A DNA stretch of 64,000 nucleotides. Origin: Iphione sp. A-MEVVRFRX5 (taxonomy: Eukaryota). Position 1 is the stretch's first letter, and each line of letters begins with the position of its first letter. The notes beneath the pieces are model-generated. The model had not been told where the DNA came from and searched no databases. It worked only from the letters and a program-made list of their open reading frames with translations. Made by a program: the position numbers and the translations under genes. Below are positions 1 to 13,786 of this stretch, piece by piece. The stretch is from contig OZ320318.1 in assembly GCA_976226885.1 (NCBI GenBank), forward strand, positions 66,340,001-66,404,000, given 5' to 3'.

Positions 1-3000
1 ATTCATGTATTTCCTTTATTAATTTGTTACTTTTTTAAAATAAAAAAAACTCAAAAACCGTCGCCCGTGTATAAGGAATGTATTTTAATCGAAGTTATTC
101 AAGACTGTCACAAAGGGTTTAGACCTCTCTCGTCACTGATGCTACCGTGAATGCGACGTCTAAAGATACCACTGCAGCTTTCACCTCTAATTCTCGTCGC
201 TTGACCTCATTTGTCGAACAAAAAATCTGTGGCAATCCTTACATGACACAAAAATTATTATTGGACGACCCCCTACGTCGAGGCAGCGAATATTGATGAC
301 TCATTCCGACAGTTGGCGAGACCGCTCCAGGATGAAAATGCGAAGAACCCGTAGTCAGAGACCACTCGACATGCGTACATCAAGTGATTGAACACGCGCT
401 AGAATCTCCAGACGTTTCCAAACGAGTCATGACACAGTCTTAGAAGCTCCTATGCCGCCCACCTGCTCTCAGCATCTTTGGTTTGTTCAGTCAGTGGACC
501 ACCGCTGGAGGACGCGGGTCGGGATGCTACGGAGCTTGGCGCCGCTGACTGCTTCTATCTGTTAATTGGAACATGTGAGAATGAGAACGGGGAGCACCCC
601 CTTCCTCTAGATAGATTTGTTGTTATACTCAAGAATGTTTGGGGGTTTTACATACAGATAAGTTCCTTGAATTGCCCTTTCTGCAGATGAAAGCATGCAA
701 TATTTACGCAAAGGTTCGGTAAGTTGCCCCGCTTCAAGGGAATGCATGAATCCTCCCGATCTTCCTTTTTTCTCTCGTCTTCCTCTCCTCCCATTTCTCT
801 TGTCTGTCCTTGTCTTTCTCATACGTTTCTCCCTAAAAACCGACAGCATAGAAGGTGGGATATGTATTGAATAGTGCACTTTAACAAATTTGTGTCATGC
901 TCCTGCGTACATGTAATTCTACTGCTTCTTTCTCGGTGATACTTTTCTCATTTTTTTTTCACGGGATTAAGCTGATTAGAAGTTTTCAGTCATAAGATTT
1001 GCCCACAACTCAACGCATATTTTTGTTTGCCTGTCGTTCTGTTTCTGTCTTCCACTCTCTAATATCTTTCTTACATTCCTATCGTTACTGATATCAGCCA
1101 TGACTACATTACGTAATATAAAAGGGAATATGTAGAATATAACTGAACGCATTGAAAGTCATTCTGATCTGTCAAATGGTTATAGGCTATATTTATCACC
1201 GGTAATATTTACCACAGAAAACCATTGCTCTGCCTGTGTCAAAATTCCTGCATGGACGTTGGGTGTCATGCTTCATTCAATCCAGTGAGGATCACTTCAT
1301 GATTTATTGTGGTTGCAGCTACATGTTTATCATAATACATTCATAGAGGTCTTCCATACAAACTGGGAAATACCTGGCAATTGAGCACACGACCCCCAAT
1401 TCTGAGACTGACTTCAGAGGTGATTGAAAAGTGTTAAATCTGATTGTACTGGGGTAGGGTTATATCATTCCTCTGTTAAGGGCCATGCCCCCTTCTGTAA
1501 GGATAATTGGATATGTATTCCGGTATGTTAGGTGTCCAAATCTATGTGGAGAGGACATGGGTGTTTGTTGATTAAGCTAGATATTAGTAAGAGAAGGATG
1601 TTACTGTAAAAGGTTACATAAAGGGTTTGGGGTATGAAGGAAGAATTAATATAATATAGTAAAAGGTATGTATGATATGTCGTGAGCATTCGTGCTTAGG
1701 AAGTGAACACCTATGTAGAATACACCGGTTTGCCCAGGCAGGGGATTTGGCCCTTGCACAGGGTATGTGATGGAGGGGGAGGGGGAGAGATAAACAAAAT
1801 GCAGAGCACCAGTAATTTGCACGATTGGTTTGTCGTGGCCATTATTTTTACAATCCTGAGATGATAAGGTGCGGAGATCCAGATGGTTTTCAGAGTAAGT
1901 AGAGATGACTCGTTAATTTTCGAAGATTAATTCTATATGGAGACTATGGTTCTTTCTATAGAAGGATGTTCTTCTGAAAATATTGAATGACTTTCTTTCA
2001 TAGAATAGAAGATACCCAAAGGCAAAATGTGAATATAACTTTAATCTATAGGAATCGCTCTTCGACAAAGAAACATATTGGGTAATTTATATATGTATAA
2101 ACATTGCACTTGTGTATTCCATCAGTTTTATGGTGCAAAATTGTTGAATTTGGATTTTTTTACTCAAATCATTTATAAATTGGGTAGACTTTTAACCTGA
2201 CCCACACACACATACACACTACCTTTCTTCATAAGTTTAGATGTGCTGCCCTATATTTCTCACGCCTGTGGGTGTTGAAACAGGGGATGTGGCATCACTT
2301 TGTCGAAGATATCCTGATTTTTGCAACATTTTGTGAGTTTTCTCACACCTTGGCCCTTTGGTCATGATTTTCACAAAGTTTTCCTTCACACTTTTCAAAG
2401 CTGGTTTGGTGGATTTTCTGACACCTGCCCCCTGTTTAACTAGATCTAAGCAATTATAGAGCATTTTAACACAAATTCCTGAATTACATTTCTCACATCA
2501 CCCCTCATCTGAAATCCTGTATCACGCATCACCATTCCGGAATCGTGCAAGGTTAACCGCTTGTACAGTTGAGGACTGGAATTGGGCACATAAAAACTCC
2601 TAGATTATGCAGTGATCGTCCTAGGTCACGCAGAACCATCCACAAGTAATGCAAATTTAGGAACTGCAGCTGAACAAATCCATGCAATTTCGGAATAGTT
2701 GCACAATCAAGGAAATGTGCAAAGAGTGCAGCTCAATTTATGAATTGTGCAAATTTGGCTTGGCGACTAACATATATTCATTTGGTCAATTCCACAAATT
2801 TTTGTTCCAAACTGGAGAATATAGATTTTTGTGATTACAGCATCTTAGTCATTAGGTGTTTCCAATCAGTTTGTTCTTACTGAGAAGTATTTTACTTGCC
2901 CTTTCTATTGATACCTATGGTATTTATGTGGGCGTATTTTCTGAGAAGATTTGAATGAAAACAGGTGTAATTTTATACTTCTGTTGGTAAATTTCAAACT

Positions 3001-4190
3001 TGTTTATATGTTCTAAACACAAGTCATAAAAGGAGCTATTCCTTTATGTTTTCAAGCAAATAACATTGGCAGCTATTCCAGAATTACCTCTAGAAGTAAT
3101 ACAGAAAATAAAGGAACTTAGTTCATATTACCAGTGGGGAAATCATGATAACGATGTACGTAGATTAAACCTTCAGTTCAAAGTCTAACACAGACAAAAG
3201 CTGCTGCAGTTGGATACAGTCTATGGGTCAGTTATCATTCTATTCGAAATATAGATTGCAAACTTTGGAACGTGATATATAATCTCTTGCCGTGTGAACC
3301 ATTATCTCAGTTGCCGCGTCTTCCTAGAGTATACATGATAAGGGCAGTGGTGTATTGATAAAAGGGTGTCGAGGTCAGCCCGGCCTCAGTTACTGTTGCG
3401 CAGCAGGCAGGATCGCCAACATGCACAGGTGAGTGAGGTCTATTCATTATTAAGTCGTTATAATTAAGTAATTAATATTCACAGTCAGCCTTCTGGTTGC
3501 CTCTTTCCTGCACATTTGCTGCATACGTTGAGGGCAAAAAAATAAACCTTTCCCTGAACGAGAGACCATGTCTCTTGACGGTTCATCGAGGCTGTACCGG
3601 GCAGATCTGCAACATTCGCATTTGATCTGAGATGGACGGTTGACTGTGCTATAGTTTATTAGGCAATTAAAATTTCGTGATGAATGTACCCTACAGCCTT
3701 AAGCTCAGTTACTTAAATTTGGAAATTTGCTTCTCCAGGCTTAGTGCTCCGGCAGATTGAGAGCTCTGCATCTTGTTCGATTTCACAATGGTTGTGCAAC
3801 AATCGCTGGTCCTATAATTCTGCGCCTCTTTGGATATCGTCGTTATCGGTTCTCAGATTGGTCACAAGCATTTGATTCATTGGAAAAGATTTTTGCCTTC
3901 ATTTGGGGGAAAATAGGCATTTATCCGATACTTTTCGCCTATTAAATACCGTTTGAACAAACAGCGTAGAGGCACACTGAATGTGTCCTGAGAAATACGC
4001 TGTAAAATGTTTGAGTCCTCAGGTGGCAGAGGTGTGCCCTTCTCCTGTTATACTGGTCCCTGTGAACAATTAAGGAACTTGAAAGACAACTTGCGACCTG
4101 CTTCAGTTGAGACTGATCTTTTGCAGAAACCTTTCTATTTTCATACTACCAAATTACATAAGAATTTTGAAAGGAAGCAAGGGCCATCCA

Positions 4191-4353
4191 CAGACCCGTA
4201 GCCAGGAGCTTTTGTGGGGGGTATCGGACGATATCCCCAATAACTCAGGTGTGGAACATTCTGGTGACCATCTACTGTATATTCAAGTGTGTATGTAGGA
4301 ATCTTTGAGGGGGGTATCGTCCTGTAGCCAATACCCCCCTGGCTACAGGCCTG
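4191..4353. mobile_element. MITE, copy 1 of a CAGG(C/T)CYGTAGCCAGG-terminated family
   Basis: Left end CAGACCCGTAGCCAGG and right end CCTGGCTACAGGCCTG are inverted repeats. Flanked by the exact 5-bp direct repeat ATCCA. Internal GGGGTATCGGACGATAT/CCCC palindromic boxes. Confidence 0.85.
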
Positions 4354-4874
4354 ATCCATTGTCACCCAAGAGTTGAATAACAGGACTGTGTCTGCTGTTG
4401 TTCTGAGTGTCAACCGCCCCTTGCCTGATGTTCCATATTGTTTTCCGATGTTATACAATATAGCAGGGATGTTATACAATGATAGCAGTGACAGGCATGA
4501 TCTCACCCCCCAACACACACAATGAATGATGCATCATATCGCTGCAATGTATAGTATCTTTTGTGGAAGAGCAATCATGAGATAATCAATATTTTTACGC
4601 ATTATATTTTAAATTCACATTCCAAGCTTCGGATAATTTCTAGATGCGTGAAGGTCAGACTGATAGTCAGGAAGCGTACCAATTCGGCAATTCCACTTAA
4701 CACAGACGATACATACCAATAGAAAATCCCTGCTATATTAAGATTGAAGATTGTGAGAGTTATGCTACTATGTTCGGTTTTAAATGACGCCAGACCCTAT
4801 GTTCATAGATTAGGCTGGAATTGGACAAGAAGATTGACATCTAGCTAGCAACAAGTAGCAACCCATATGTTGTA

Positions 4875-5091
4875 AGACACCTTACATGTAGGTCTCTTCG
4901 GTATGCAGCCAGTCCTTGATCTGATGCAACGTGTATGGTCGGCTGTCCATCCTAGCTCGTTTTGTGGAGTTGCTAAGCTCCACTGAAAGCGGCAGGCTCG
5001 TGTGGGTTGTAGTAGACCCACATCAGATACTAGTGAATTCCTCGGTCCAGTCCAACTTCCTCTTCCACTTCTTTTTCTTTCCCGCTGCCAT
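4875..5091 (-). pseudogene. Polinton/Maverick retroviral-like integrase, N-terminal fragment
   Basis: Manual translation across frameshifts and stops gives VYYNPHEPAAFSGA*QLHK...TLHQIKDWLHTEETY. This matches the YYDPxxPxSFSGxxxL...IKxWLxxQxxY N-terminus of Polinton integrases. Confidence 0.7.
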
Positions 5092-5160
5092 TATCCGGGG
5101 CAGTGGAGGCACTAGTCCCAGCGCCTCGCGAAGCTCCTGGCCTCCTCCCTCCTGATCTCG

Positions 5161-5700
5161 GGCCCGCGTCTGTCGAACCTGCGTTGTGATGGGCATCAGT
5201 CTCTCATAAACTGGGACACTGGCTATCATCATATTTGTACAGCATGTCCCTCTCGTACATCTGTCGGTCCTCCTCTGCCATGGCCCTGGCGATCGTCAGG
5301 CTAGCCAGGGCAATGTACGCGCTATCCATGTCCATTGTCACATACTCAAAGCGGGAGTGGTACATCAGCTTGTCAATGCAGTTGTACTACAATGACAGCA
5401 TGACGAGCTGCTCATACCGAAGGATTGAAAATCCCATATACACTGGCATATCTAGTGTAATTCATGTCTTTGCAGACTCCACTTCGTATAGGCCTTTGAG
5501 CTCCATCATCCTTCTATAGTGTGGCAAATTCACTAGCGCCATTGCCTGTGTCGGGGTCTCATATTATTTCATGGTGTGCTGTTTCTCTTTTTGCATGATG
5601 ATGTCCCCATATGCTGAATTCCTGATCGGCTTTATGGTGTCGGTGATGATGGACATGTCTGCATCACATGTGTTCTCTCCTCCTGGCATCCGTCACGTTG
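5161..5700 (-). pseudogene. Protein-primed DNA polymerase B, family A, palm fragment
   Basis: Minus-strand translation: DTIKPIRNSAYG (motif B), LDMPVYMGFSILRYEQLVMLS, FEYVTMDMDSAY (decayed DTDS, motif C). Several stops. The plus-strand ORFs listed here are antisense shadows. Confidence 0.85.
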
Positions 5701-6053
5701 TTCACAAAGGATTTGAAACATTCAGGATGTATATGAGAGCAGCAGTAAGGAACAGCACTAGGATGAATATGTTAGTGGCAGCAGTGGCTGAAAAACCTTC
5801 TGCCCTCCATTTCCTGCTTTATAATTTAATTACTCATAAGGGAGGGATGGCGGTGACCACCCTGGTAACAACAATGACCAGATAACCAAATTTGTCACGT
5901 TTTCGTGTAATTCAAAATTTTAGAAATTCATTATGCCTACAGTGTGTTCTATTCAGAAATCCGTTTGTCTGTGTCCAAAAAGCCCATTTCATTGATTGTG
6001 ACCATCTGATGTGAGCCCAAAATTTCAGTTATTAGAAAACACACATGGTTACA

Positions 6054-6211
6054 TAGGCCCGTAGCCAGGAAGTCTTCTGGGGGGTATCGTCCGATACCCC
6101 CAATACTACACAGGTTGAACTTAACTTTTGTTACCTCTATAAAGACCTATTGGCATTAATGTTTCGGGGGTATCGGACGATACCTCCGATGCCCCCTTGG
6201 CTACGGGCCTG
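6054..6211. mobile_element. MITE, copy 2 of the same family
   Basis: Ends TAGGCCCGTAGCCAGG and CCTTGGCTACGGGCCTG. Flanks TTACA/TAACA. Internal palindromes GGGGGTATCGTCCGATACCCCC and GGGGTATCGGACGATACCTCC. Confidence 0.85.
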
Positions 6212-9072
6212 TAACACCTTGTTATAACATATTCACCGATCAGGATGCGACTGACAGCTATAACCAGATTATAATAGGATGCTGTTAGGTAGCGCCCCGC
6301 TCTATCTCGGGACACCTACCCACCCTTAACTATGCATACCCGTAAAAAAACACACCTTTCTAGCATAATATGTAATTTCTGATACAGTTCGCCTATCTTA
6401 ATACCCCTTCTCAATTTCCTCACATTTCTGATTAACCTAATTTTTGGCAGGAGCTATGGCTCCTAACATTGGAACCAAAGATTGAAACTCTCTCACTAGA
6501 CTAGGCGGAGTTTGTGTGTATTTTTTAATGTGAAAGATTGGTCTGTGGGTCTTCGTCATCCCTCAGACTTGGATGGATGGAGCACCACTAGCAACTTCAA
6601 AGTCCTGGAGCTATTGAACTATCGGCAATGTCTCTCTTTGATGGCATTTCTGAAGGATGGAACTATCAGCAATCTCGAACACTCTTGTGTGTTTGTGGAC
6701 GTGATAAAGGTGGTGATGAGTTGACTTGAACTCAGTCAACTGAAGGCGCAACCTCTCTTTCACTCGGGACTAATGCGACTCGTCAAGGGGGGTTTCGTTA
6801 AAACTTAGTGTTCATAGTCTAGTGACAGTGGTGCCCTCGGAGCAAGACGGCAAGCGTCTCAACAACTAATGACCTAGACAGATGGTGATGGTGAAATCAG
6901 AAAGGGTACTTTCGATCATGAGAAAGTTACGAACACTGTTTCATTAATGAAATAACAGGAGATTGTGACAGTAGTTGCATTAATACAATGGGTATGAAAC
7001 ACACCTCAGCGCTGCACATGGCTGGGTGAAGACAATGGGCTGCTGCTACAGCGTCAGTATCATTAACCTGCAGCCTTCTTAACAGTGAGGCTTAAAGGGG
7101 GTAACATCCACAAATCTTTTGTTACTTTTTCATCATACCAGCACATTTAGAAGCAGTTTGTCCAAAAGCATTCACATTGAATAAAGAGTATGGTGGATAG
7201 TACACTACCCCGTCTCTTAATTTCAAGTTTATAACTATGATACACTGTCATTCATTTGCTTATCCTCGCTATGTTCCCCCTGATCTTCCTGGAGAACCCA
7301 CTCGGCACAGCACTGTTCCATCTTGACAAGCACTGGAATATAAAAAGTAGGTGTTATGAAACATGAGTCATTACAAAATCAAAACAATGAATGGCTGCTT
7401 ATGTTTTACACAAGCCTGGTTAAGTTTGAAGAAGCATACATAGTACTATCGCCCCACTATGGTCCCAGCTTTCTTATCACCGTTGGTTAAGATAAGGATG
7501 ACAAAACGTCCTAGAGATACCTGCCCCATCCTCCTTATCAGTGTTGACATAAATAAGGATGTACACAGTGTCCTGGGATGTCTGTTTTTCTTTCTGACAC
7601 TATGTTTACACGTGTAGGACGTCTGGGTCACTTTATTACTAGTGTTTACATACATAAGGAATGTACACAACGTTCTGGGATACCTGTACTGTTTTCTGAA
7701 CCCCCTGTACCTACTATCAGTCTCAATTTCTATCGACGATTATGCTCGCATTTCTTTCATAGAAAAAGCTTGTTCAAACTCTCAGAATTCTGGGGAACTT
7801 TGCCTCATGTCAATAGAGTGATTCGAGCTGAAACTTGAGATTGTTTAGGCTTCCACCATACCTCATGTAGCATCGTCACTTAAAGCCCCAAATCAACGTT
7901 ATCATTATAGCCCACCACATGTAACCCCACCACATATAGCTCCACTAAGCATGAAACTACATAGCATAGTAGGCAGAGAATTCGAGTGAAAATCTAAAAT
8001 GTAAAATATGTATTATGTGGCTGATGCTCCTTTGTGTGTGAAGAGTGGGAAGAACAAATGGATCAAAGTGTCTTGTTATGAGGCACATTGACCAAAGGAC
8101 TATGGGAGATAGATGGCAAAGATATGTGGTGACCATGTGAAGGGAAAGGAGTTGTCCTTCCCTTATGGAACTGGTTCAAACTAGAGCAGTAAATGACCAA
8201 AATTGATGATGCCATGGTAAAAATCAAGGACGAAGAACATGTCTCTCTCAAAAGTGATGCCAAATGTGTGAACTTTGTTAATTTTTACGAGGAATGGTTG
8301 ACAGTGAGCAAGGACTCTTCCCCAACATGACATGGCATTGCCTTGAAGTTTTGTGGGTAGGATCATTTGAAAGACTTTCTGCAAACGATACTGTAATTTC
8401 ATTGTTAATTGTAATTTCCACTTCGTTAAAGCTGGTTATTGTCCTCAGTAGTCCTTAATGAGTTATTCCATTACTCACTCACAGTAACATTCCCAAGTGA
8501 ATTAATCCAAGAACTATCCCTCAATGTAGTGCCAAGTCCAAAAAAGAAACAGTGTGTTCAAAAACATCAGTCGAGACACATTAGTAGAACAAAACAGTTT
8601 TAAAGATGTCTGGTCACAACAATAATGTGTCCTTGTTCTACACACTTATCAAGGACACATCAGTCAAAAGCATTGAGTGGGTGGATAAACAATTATTTAT
8701 CTGCTTATATGACATTATTTGGAGATACCTGGAATTTCAGTAATTATATATTGAGATATGATTATAAAAATGGTTATTGTTTATAGATGCTTGATGTCTG
8801 TCAGAATAATTGTGACAAGTTTGTACAAAATATGAGAAGGAGTGATACTAGACTAGAAGTAAAATTCTCTGAGGCATTGCCAGAATGTGTGACTATGATA
8901 ATTTTTGCAAAATTTTCAGGCACGTTGGAAATCAATCAGACCTGTAATTTGAAAATTATGTAGTGATAACCATAATTCTGTAGATTGAATGCAAATAAGT
9001 TTATAGATATATATATATATAGTTATAGTATAGTATGTTAGCTATGTACATCGAATCACTGCTAATATTGTG

Positions 9073-9180
9073 TTTTGTAGATAAAAATTTTGTAGAACTG
9101 ATACCAGTTATAAATTATAAATTGTAGAACTGATATCAGTTTTGTAGATAAAATATTTGTAGAACTGATATCAGTTATAA
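9073..9180. repeat. Short tandem array with three AACTGATATCAGTT palindromes
   Basis: TGTAGAACTGATA(T/C)CAGTT at about 9091, 9123 and 9158, interspersed with TTTGTAGATAAAA. Lies about 220 bp past the stop of the family B polymerase. Confidence 0.8.
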
Positions 9181-9394
9181 AATAAATAAACAAAAATGGA
9201 CATGTCAAATCATATCGTCTTTTTTATATTCAAGTATAATGAATATGTATAATTTCAAGTATAATGTATATTTCAAAAATATAATATATAACATAATTAT
9301 TGTGAGTCAAACTCTTTGCACAGAAAAAGTAAAATTTGAACACAAGTAGCAATATAAAAGAAATTACCCATCACTATTCAACAATTACATAATA

Positions 9395-12300
9395 CTAATA
9401 ACCATAAGGCAATGTATCAAAATCAGGCTGTATGACATGCTTTGTATACATGATCTGGTACCTTTTATTCTTCACTCTATTTACAGTTTTCATTTTCTTT
9501 GAATTCCTGGGAATTTTAGATGGATAAGTAGTGGTGATTGTTTCATTTCCTTGATTGACAATGTCTTTCACTGATTCAAAATGAACGTTCTGAGACTGCA
9601 AAGTTTAAGGGGAAACCCCTTACTTTACAGACTTTCACATCCCAATTTGTCTTGTTGGAGTAATATTTTGATCCACCTGACACAAATTCAACAATGAAAT
9701 CATCACCTTCCAGCTCACTGCTGAGATCACCAAGCTAATCTCCAAGAGATGGTTGATATTCACCAGGTTTACATCTATAGATCACAGAGTCAGTGTCATA
9801 ATACAAAACATGACCATCCAGTTCTTCCAAATACTCATACAACTTCAGACTAGCCCAACAAACTGGAAAGAAGTCTTAAGTATATATTTCTTTTTTCCAT
9901 CATGTGGCAAGAAGGAGTCCTGATATTCCCACTGAACGCTGATGATGTCATTACTGATGATGTGAAAATCAATGACTTGTTTGGATGGATCACTCAGAAG
10001 CCCAAAGAAGGAATCACTCTCTGAATTATAGAATTAGGTGTTTTGTCTCATATTCAAATGTGGGCCAAATTTACCCCAAAATGAATTTAAACACAATTTA
10101 GCAAGGGATCCTAAACCTGGATTTTTGCAGATGTCATCATAATCTAAAGAGATGCCCTCTTTCTCTTTGTAATTTCTGATATATTTTTGAGGATCTTCTT
10201 TGCTCTGACACCAAGAAGGCCAGTCACTAGCCTCTTGTTTCAATTTCAAGAGGGTTTTAATATATTCTGCAAAGAGACCACCATTACTATTCCTATAACA
10301 ATTATTTCTGTGCCAATGATAGATCTCAAATGTTTTCAAGATTTTGTATCCTATTCTCATGGGCTTTTGATTTTCAGGGGTGCATGGAGTCCCCACAATG
10401 GCTCTGTCTTCACCAGTACATTCACACTTTTGTTTTAGCTCACTATCTGCACATGTTCTGCAAAGTGGGAATTTCAAGACTGGATGGTAGAGATCATGTG
10501 GAGGCAAGACTTTCACTTTGGCAATACCAAAGTAACTGTCAATATCTTTAAAATCATACCCATCTACTTTATATGGTGTACCAGGAACCTTGAATTTGCT
10601 TCAGGTGACAGTGCATGTTGAATCTTTACTTTTGTTTGTAATGCAATCCATTCTAACTATGCAATGGACAACTTACTAAACTGTTCCCTACAGGCATGTG
10701 TTTGAATACCTGTAATTGGAGAGCTCACAAATTGATTTGACAGCATATACCACTCCCCCAGTTCCACATAAGACAGTGTCCTTTACCAAGTTGCCATCAA
10801 TGATAAAGGTCCAGGAATCATCCTTCAGAAAACTGTTCACTTCTTTGATCTCTCCTGTCACCCTGTGTTTCAGAACAACAACATGCTCCTCTTCGAAAAA
10901 TTAAGTCTTGAATATTTTTGTGCATACACTTGCTATTGTCAAACTATCAAATGTATCAACACCCTGTCTTTTTTATTTCTTGTTGTTTTTATGACTATGT
11001 CCCTGAATTTAATGCATGCCTCCCTGAGGATGGTAACATCAGATTTACAATAATAATGCATTTCTTTCTTAAAATCACATATGGTGCCCTGATTTGCATG
11101 CCAAGCCATGAACTCTTCTGTTTCATTCACCCCCATGGAGTTTACACCATAGAATTTCACTGCAGGATAGGGTCCAACATAATCTTGGTTTTCTCTGGTG
11201 TTGAAGTAATGGGGAAACCAAACCTTTTTCAACTCCTTCAAGCCAAAAGCTTTCGGTAAGCCAGCAAATTTCATAGGTAATTAAGGAAATTAAGGGAATC
11301 AATGATTCTCATGTTAAGAATCCTACCTATATGCATAAACATGATTTTTGATCCATTATACACAATTTTCTGAGGGAAAATAGACCTTTTCATGAGCTGT
11401 TCAAGTAGAAAATATCCATCATAGCCTTTTAGGTTATGTACCAAAACAGTAGTGTCTTTATTCTGTTTATGAAAAAAACCAATTGCAGAAATCCTTAGCA
11501 GTAGAGTCCTCTTGGAAAACAACTCTGCACTTTCTACAAGTAAGTAGTCAAGGTGGGGTCGAAAACTTTTTTTCTTGTACATCCCACTGTGAACATTTTG
11601 GACACCTGTTTCCACAGTTTTCACAGATTTCATTTGTAGGTTTTTTGGCAAGTATGGCATACTTTATGAGCTATCAAAAAATTTGGATGATGAATGAACT
11701 TTCCACAAGACATGTTGCAGGTGATACATTTGTAACAAGAGGTGCACCATTGCTGTTCACCTCTAAATTTACACAACTCTTACCAACATCAGTTTGATAC
11801 TCTTTCTCACACTGATTGATATTGTCTTGTCTACACTCAAAATCAAAGTAGATGTGTCTGAATTTGGTTATATCAGCAGATGGCAATTCTCTTTGAAAAC
11901 AAAGGTGATCTCCTAGCACAAAGGCATCACAGTTTGACCAGTGCCATTCTCCACACTTGTGCTCAGTGTACGGTCTTTTTACCCTGTTGATTACTTCATG
12001 GCATGTCTTACATTTCCACCAAGCTTGACATTCAGATAACTCATGCTTCTCCCTGTTTTTTCCTAAAATCTTTTCTTTCCAGAGTCTATGTTGTTCAAAA
12101 TATTCAGGGCTACGACAAGTCATGTGACACTTGAGACAAGTCAAGGGTGAATCAGATGTTTTACAACCAGGGATCTTGCATACAACACACTGATTACTAC
12201 AGTTATGCCTACCCTTGTCATTATAGGGAATGAGACATGCTTAACAAAAGTAGGATGCTTTGAAAAAACCTGTAACTTTGGTAATGGCATGAAAATGTTC

Positions 12301-13400
12301 TACACTGTCTTCATCATCATTGTTCACCAGGTAAAGATATATTTTAGTTTGTCAGACTAAATGGACAAGGCATCTCTCTTCTCAGAAGGAACATGAATGA
12401 ACTTGTTTCCAAGTCTTGAGGACAGAACTAAAACATCAATGTCAAGTAGCCTTTCAAAAGCTGAAATATCATAAAGACTTGCTGCTCAGTCAGATGAAAT
12501 ATTTGCTTTTTGCCACAACTCCCTTGCTAATTCTTTTTTATTGTTTCTCTTTTTGTCCTTTAATTTACCATAATACCAGAGAGGTACCTTTTTCAAATCT
12601 AAAACTTTCTCAGTGATGGATCCCTCCACTGTCTGGGCAGAGGCTCGCCATTCTTCTGTTGACACAATTTGGGTTTTGGCCCAGGCTACACCAATAGCTC
12701 TTGCAAGACACTCGTTGTCTTCATTCATTCTTTTAACCAAGGATTTCTTCTTTGCTATTGAGTTTCCAGGCCCATCAACAGTAGTGATGTAACAGTGGAC
12801 ACCACCTTTGGGAAGCTCTATTGTCCCAACATCAATATGAAAACCATTAGTCATGACCAACCCCTCATTACTATTGAAGACATTCTCTATTCTTTCCATT
12901 ACTTGGTTTGCATTCATCTGATTTAAGGGATGTAGTGGTACAATAATTGGGTTGGATGATGGATGATGATTCTTCCTAGATCATGACCTGCCAAGTTACT
13001 CCTCATCTCACCAATGACTTGATCAAACATATCATAGAGTACATCATACATATTTATAATCTGAGTTCCATGAAAGGCATTAAATTTTACCTCATGTGTT
13101 GTATCGATAGCTTCATTTTTCATAAAGGTTCTTTGATGTCTCTTTCTTACTGTATAGAAGGGTTTTGGTGTTGATGCTGGTGCCTGATAGGACGATGCTG
13201 GTGGTGCTTCTTCTTCATTAATCTGAAGCTTCCTCTTTTTCAATGGAAGTTGTGGTGATGGTACACCAAAGGCCTCTGCTGAGTGGGTTGGTTGCCGCAT
13301 TGTTTCAGGTGAGCATCTCCTGTTCTTGAAAGGACCTCCTTTCCTTACTCTGGAACACAGTGACCTCTCAGACTCACTTGGGTTTTCCTAAATGAAAAAG
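9395..13400 (-). pseudogene. Protein-primed DNA polymerase B, family B, near full length, fragmented (copy B1)
   Basis: Collinear ORF pieces: LGRIIIHHP; NEDNECLARAI; Cys-rich region; YFDFEC (ExoI); VLVHNLKGYDGYF (ExoII); LPKAFGL..KK.WFPHYFN; LYHPVL..PLC; KLKQEASDWPSWC; NPGLGSLAKLCLNSFWGKFG (motif B); C-terminal TLPYGY*. Confidence 0.92.
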
Positions 13401-13529
13401 AAGGAACCTGTAATAAATATATGCTAAAACAAAAAAAAATGTTAACCACATCTTGAAATCATAGCATATATATTACTTTGTTCCGGTCAAAGCAAACATT
13501 GATCAGTGCACACTAACATTCCCCCACCC

Positions 13530-13695
13530 AGTTGACAGGATGGGCGAGCTCCTCAACTTTCTCTGGAACTGGTGAGTGAAACATCTTGTCTCATTCCTTG
13601 ATCAACTCCAACATGAAGGTTGTCTTTCCAAATGACGTCGCCCCTCTCACCATTATGGTAGACAGTGTGGGGAATGCAAACCTCAGCACTGTCAT
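13530..13695 (-). pseudogene. Polinton packaging ATPase (A32/FtsK-like), Walker A fragment
   Basis: MTVLRFAFPTLSTIMVRGATSFGKTTFMLELIKE*DKMF. Truncated before Walker B. Confidence 0.75.
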
Positions 13696-13786
13696 TACCC
13701 CATTCATCTTTCTTTGATTTGGCTCTGGTGAGAAATGAGGTGCACAGGAGAAGAGGGAGGGGAAATATATGCTTATTCCTCCACAC

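Noticed and set aside
5235-5885. Plus-strand ORFs here and over 10-23 kb and 33-36 kb
   Set aside because: Antisense shadows of minus-strand polymerase fragments, with no motifs of their own.
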